A stretch of DNA of 64,000 nucleotides from Spirochaetia bacterium (lineage in GTDB: Bacteria > Spirochaetota > Spirochaetia > UBA9216): the NCBI GenBank assembly GCA_965140585.1, contig OZ223269.1, forward strand, positions 1,216,001 to 1,280,000. The letters run 5' to 3'. Under the pieces are notes generated by a model, which searched no databases, was not told where the DNA came from, and worked only from the letters and a program-made list of their open reading frames with translations. The translations under genes were made by a program, and so were the position numbers. Numbering within the stretch: the stretch's first letter is position 1; each line of letters starts with the position of its first letter. Shown here one piece after another: positions 59,831 through 64,000 of this stretch.

Positions 59831-61969
59831 ATGAACAGAAAAAAAGAGCTTTTAAGATATGCGTTTTATGCGCTCGTAGTTATTCTGGTTAACGTGGCTT
59901 TTCAGACAATCTTCTTCAGAATTGATCTGACAGAAGGACGGAATTATTCACTTTCCGAAACCAGCAAAAACATGGTTCAGGAACTTGAAGAGCCTCTGAC
60001 TATAAAGGTTTACATCAGCGAGGATCTTCCCTATCCGTATAACAATATTCAGCAGGATCTGAGTGATATACTTGAAGAGTATTCAATCAACGGAAACAGG
60101 AACTTCAACTACGATGTTTATACGATAAAGAATCTCGATGAAGATAATTCAGCAGACAGTACAGAGATTGAAAAGGATGCCAAAGGCTATGGAATAAATC
60201 CTGTGCAGATTCAGAAACTTGAAGAAAGTGAACTGAAGATAGTTTCAGCCTACCGGGGAATAGTATTTATTCATGCCGATATGATTGAAACAATACCGGC
60301 AATCGAACCTGATGAAAACCTGGAATACCAGATTACATCAACTGTAATGAAGATGCAGGAAAAAACCAGCAAACTTCTTAGCCTTGATGAAGATATCAAG
60401 GTTAAACTTTATCTGTCCTCAGGAATACTGAATATGTCTGAAGACCTTATGAAATATCCCGAAGCACTTTCAGAGACTGTAGATTCGCTGAATAAAATAA
60501 ACTATAACCGCATCAGTTTTGACTGGATAGATCCTGACAAAGAAGGAAACGGAAGCGAGCTGGCCGAGAAATACGGAATACAGCCCTTTCAGCTGAAAGA
60601 TAACAACGGAAACACAAGCAACCTGTATGCAAGCGGAGTCATTGAATACAAGAATGAATACCGGACATTTGACGCACTTTCACGCTCACTCTTCGGCTAT
60701 TCCGTGCAGAACCCGGCAGATCTTGAAGACAGCCTTAACGGAGTGGTTGAAAAACTGATTGGCGTAGGTTCATCAATTGCCTGGCTCGCAGATCACGGTG
60801 CTATTCAGCCCTATTCATACAGCCAGCAGCAGTCTGCCGATCCTACTGCTCAGGCATTTGCCTCAAATCTTTCACAGCGCTACAGCATTAATCCCGTGAG
60901 TCTTTCATCACAGATAATTCCTGACGACGCAGGTGCACTTATTATTGTTAGACCGCAGCCCTACCAGCCCTTCACCGACTGGGAGCTGTACCAGATTGAC
61001 CAGTACCTTATGAACGGAGGCTCCGTTGCGGTATTCATGGACTCATATATGGAGTACTACCAGCAGAATGATAACCCCTACCAGCAGCAGCCTCCTATTT
61101 ACATCCCCCGGAATACCGGACTTGAAAAACTGATTGAACACTACGGTGTAACAATCCAGCCTTCGTATGTACTTGATGAAAACTGCTATGTTCAGCGGCA
61201 GCAGGGTCAGAACGGCATAACCGAGGTTCCCATTTATTTTGCGCCCGAAATACCGCAGAACAAGATCAACACCGATCTTCCTTTTATGAAAGGTATAAAC
61301 GGACTGATTATGCTCAACAGCTCACCTGTCAAGATTTCAGAGGAACTTCCTGAAGGGACAGAGGCGGAAATCCTCTTTTCTTCTTCCGATGACGCCTGGC
61401 TTATGGATGATCCTAAGAATATAAACCTATATAACCCGATGATGATGGCACCTCCGGCGGGAGCAGATTCAAGGTCAAGCTATCCGCTGGCCTGTATGCT
61501 CAGCGGTGAATTCACAAGCTACTACGCTGATAAGGATATTCCCCAGATGCCGGAACCCGAAGAGGGCGATGAGTCAGACACTGAAGAGTACCTTATTGCA
61601 GCCGACCGGATGAGCAGAGCTGATTCAATTGTTAAAAGCACAGACCACGGAAAGCTCTTCGTCTTCGGTTCGACTATGGCTGTAACCGACAATATTATCG
61701 ATGAACAGGGAGCTTCTCCCAATGCAGTGATGGTCTTCAATATAGTTGATGAGATGCTCGGAAAGGGCGATTATGCAGTAATGCGCGGAAAGGGACTAAA
61801 CTACAGCCCGCTGGATGAATCTACTCCGGCAGTAAAAACTTTCATCAAGACCTTCAACATGGTAATAATACCCGTACTGGTTATACTTGCAGGAATAATT
61901 ATCTGGTTCAGGTGGCTGTCCAGACAGAAGAAGATTGCCGCTATGTTCAGGGAGGACGACAATGAATAA
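59831..61969 (+). CDS. GldG-family ABC transporter auxiliary component
   Basis: RIDLT---YSLS--SK, LEY-IT, LYQIDQYLM-GG; N- and C-terminal TM helices. Confidence 0.88.
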   Translation: MNRKKELLRYAFYALVVILVNVAFQTIFFRIDLTEGRNYSLSETSKNMVQELEEPLTIKVYISEDLPYPYNNIQQDLSDILEEYSINGNRNFNYDVYTIKNLDEDNSADSTEIEKDAKGYGINPVQIQKLEESELKIVSAYRGIVFIHADMIETIPAIEPDENLEYQITSTVMKMQEKTSKLLSLDEDIKVKLYLSSGILNMSEDLMKYPEALSETVDSLNKINYNRISFDWIDPDKEGNGSELAEKYGIQPFQLKDNNGNTSNLYASGVIEYKNEYRTFDALSRSLFGYSVQNPADLEDSLNGVVEKLIGVGSSIAWLADHGAIQPYSYSQQQSADPTAQAFASNLSQRYSINPVSLSSQIIPDDAGALIIVRPQPYQPFTDWELYQIDQYLMNGGSVAVFMDSYMEYYQQNDNPYQQQPPIYIPRNTGLEKLIEHYGVTIQPSYVLDENCYVQRQQGQNGITEVPIYFAPEIPQNKINTDLPFMKGINGLIMLNSSPVKISEELPEGTEAEILFSSSDDAWLMDDPKNINLYNPMMMAPPAGADSRSSYPLACMLSGEFTSYYADKDIPQMPEPEEGDESDTEEYLIAADRMSRADSIVKSTDHGKLFVFGSTMAVTDNIIDEQGASPNAVMVFNIVDEMLGKGDYAVMRGKGLNYSPLDESTPAVKTFIKTFNMVIIPVLVILAGIIIWFRWLSRQKKIAAMFREDDNE

Positions 61970-62864
61970 GCTTAAAACATACAGAGAATTTATCATCCTT
62001 GCAGCAATTGCGCTCGTGCTTCTTGCATATATCATTTTCAGAAGCAGCGGAAATATTAACTACAAGCTTCCCGAAATAAACAGTCTGGATAAGGACAGCA
62101 TAAGCAGTATTACGATTGACGGGCAGGAAGCCAGCTATATCTTCGAGAAAGACGGAAAGGACTGGTATATCCAGCCGGAAAACTGGCTTGCCAATACATC
62201 AACAGTAAATACAATCCTCAACAGCCTGACCGAGATCAAGGTTGTCGATCTTATTTCGTCATCCGGCAATCCGGCGCTTTACGAGCTTAGTGAAGATAAA
62301 CGCTTTACGGTTAAAGCCTACATCGGAGACGATCTGGTTCGTGAATTGTATGTCGGAAAGGTTTCAAGTTCAGGCGTTTACACCTATATTATGTTTCCCG
62401 GAGACGATAATGTATATTCAATCCGGGGAAGCCTGCCCTCAAGCGTAGGTTCAGGCAAGGAAGATATGAGAGAAATGCAGATAATCAAACTGCAGAAATC
62501 GAATCTTCAGAAAATGACATTTACCACCACCGGCGGAGCAGCCAGGACTCTATACAAAGATGAAAACGAGCTCTGGGCAGAAGATGCGACGGAAGCCCAG
62601 CCTGATGCAGATCTAATTTCGAAGGCTGAAACCACCCTGACATCATTAAGAGCTACGAAGTATCTTTCCGATAAACCGGAAGGAAAACCTGAATGGACTG
62701 TAAGCCTTTCTACCGGCGATGAAGATATCAGCCTGCAGATATGGCCTGCAACTGAGGACGGGTATCCTGCATGGAGTTCAAGACGCGGATACAGCTTCAT
62801 CATTTCAACTTATTCCGGTGAATCAATTCTAAAGGGATTCGGAGTGGAATTTCCTGAAGAATAG
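61962..62864 (+). CDS. DUF4340-like membrane-anchored protein
   Basis: N-terminal TM and two repeated beta domains; usual fourth gene of GldAFG-like operons. Confidence 0.72.
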   Translation: MNKLKTYREFIILAAIALVLLAYIIFRSSGNINYKLPEINSLDKDSISSITIDGQEASYIFEKDGKDWYIQPENWLANTSTVNTILNSLTEIKVVDLISSSGNPALYELSEDKRFTVKAYIGDDLVRELYVGKVSSSGVYTYIMFPGDDNVYSIRGSLPSSVGSGKEDMREMQIIKLQKSNLQKMTFTTTGGAARTLYKDENELWAEDATEAQPDADLISKAETTLTSLRATKYLSDKPEGKPEWTVSLSTGDEDISLQIWPATEDGYPAWSSRRGYSFIISTYSGESILKGFGVEFPEE

Positions 62865-62882
62865 ATCTTTATTATAAAGTTC

Positions 62883-62926
62883 AGAGAGCTGACTGAGTTC
62901 ATTAGTGACAGGTCAGCTCTTTTTTT
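62883..62926 (+). terminator. Terminator after the ABC operon
   Basis: AGAGCTGAC...GTCAGCTCT followed by a T-run. Confidence 0.7.
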
Positions 62927-62973
62927 AAATAAAAATGTTGTGCATACTGTCTCTTTAAAATAGAATATCGGAT

Positions 62974-63972
62974 GTGAATCAATATCTTAAAACCGTAATA
63001 CCCTCTGTTATTCTGGTGCTGCTGTTAATATCATCCGTAATAGGTTTCTCAGTTTTTGAAGATATTAATTATTTTGACGCACTCTGGATGACTGTAACGA
63101 CAGTACTAACAATAGGTTTCGGCGATGTAATTCCTACTACCGAAGCAGGAAAAATCTTTGCAATGTTCCTTGTCCCTGTATGCATCATAATGTTTACCTA
63201 CCTGATGGGGCAGATAATCGGAATAATTGTCGAGTTCAACATCTCACCGTACAAGCGGAGCAGAAGAATGGAAAAGAAAATAAAAAGACTTAACAGACAT
63301 ATAATAGTCTGCGGCGTCGGCTCTATGACCCCGACCATAATTGAAAAGATGGTTCAGGAAAAGCAGGATTTTGTCCTTGTAGACAGCGACGAGCCCAAAC
63401 TTGAACCCTATATTGATAAGTTTAAAGTAGTTGCCGGAGACCCGTGCGAGGAAGAAGTGCTTACCCGTGCCGGAATAGATAAAGCCGGAGGGCTTATTAC
63501 AACTAAAAACGATGCAGAGAATGTTCTGATCATCCTCACCGCAAGGGAAATGAATGCTGAACTTAATATCACTTCAAGTGCAGAAAAAGCGGAGAGTGAA
63601 TCAAAACTGCGCAAGGCCGGAGCTGATAGGGTTATCAACCCCGAACGAATTGGCGGTACACGAATGGCCTTATCTGTACTGAAACCCGCAGCCCTTGATT
63701 ATATGGATAATATGCTTACCTCAACTAATGAAAGTTTCAAGGTTGAAGAAGTGTTTCTTTCGGCAACTTCGAAGCTTCTTGGAAAGAGTCTCAAGGAAGC
63801 GGATATTCGAAGTAAATTCGAAATAAGTGTTATGGGAATAAAACGCAGCGGTCAGATTTATACATCAAATCTTGCAGATACCAGGCTCTCTGAACATGAC
63901 ACTTTAATCGTATTCGGCCGGGAAGAGAACCTCGAGGAATTCAGAATAGCCACCCTTTCAGATCAGATTTAA
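62974..63972 (+). CDS. 2-TM potassium channel with RCK_N/RCK_C domains
   Basis: TVLTIGFGD selectivity filter, HIIVCGVG, AGADRVINP, TrkA-C domain. Confidence 0.92.
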   Translation: MNQYLKTVIPSVILVLLLISSVIGFSVFEDINYFDALWMTVTTVLTIGFGDVIPTTEAGKIFAMFLVPVCIIMFTYLMGQIIGIIVEFNISPYKRSRRMEKKIKRLNRHIIVCGVGSMTPTIIEKMVQEKQDFVLVDSDEPKLEPYIDKFKVVAGDPCEEEVLTRAGIDKAGGLITTKNDAENVLIILTAREMNAELNITSSAEKAESESKLRKAGADRVINPERIGGTRMALSVLKPAALDYMDNMLTSTNESFKVEEVFLSATSKLLGKSLKEADIRSKFEISVMGIKRSGQIYTSNLADTRLSEHDTLIVFGREENLEEFRIATLSDQI

Positions 63973-63981
63973 GGAGAAAGT

Positions 63982-64000
63982 ATGAAAGATTACCTCTCAG
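63982..64000 (+). CDS. Start of next gene (runs off the window)
   Basis: AAGGAG RBS, then ATG AAA GAT TAC CTC TCA. Confidence 0.5.

Overview
64 kb of a spirochaete chromosome (Spirochaetales-like, inferred from the FlaB-type flagellin MIINHN..., BpuR/DUF3276, short Smc and Treponema-like gene order). It is mostly core housekeeping. A ~21 kb minus-strand run goes tRNA-Tyr, ykgJ-like, MBL hydrolase, a giant barrel/Ig-repeat/OmpA protein, mltG, dnaG, rpoD, Zn-ribbon, rnpB, TPR, mreBCD, mrdA, rodA, radical SAM. It is followed by map/aroH, thiN, a sigma28/CsrA-controlled flagellin, cca, rnc-acpP-rpmF-coaD, the ffh-rpsP-khpA-rimM-trmD-rplS operon with a flagellar/c-di-GMP/YraN tail, smc, rnhB, a phosphohexomutase, a QTMAN-like glycosyltransferase, a GldAFG-DUF4340 ABC operon and a K+ channel. 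RNA genes are RNase P RNA and tRNA-Tyr, -Thr and -Gly. Accessory DNA is confined to tRNA-adjacent spots and is heavily decayed: an ECF sigma relic after tRNA-Thr and a mosaic of fused gene fragments at 46-50 kb next to tRNA-Gly. No CRISPR array, integrase or intact transposase was seen. Best leads: (1) a ~1410-aa FadL/PorV-like barrel + 8 alternating FlgD-Ig repeats + OmpA protein beside mltG, a candidate periplasm-spanning OM-peptidoglycan tether; (2) a full-length bacterial homolog of the eukaryotic tRNA queuosine mannosyltransferase; (3) a perfect 24-bp palindrome that contains the promoter, operator and RBS of an Rrf2 gene; (4) a yraN gene that can only start at CTG. All calls come from reading motifs by eye; no database searches were run.
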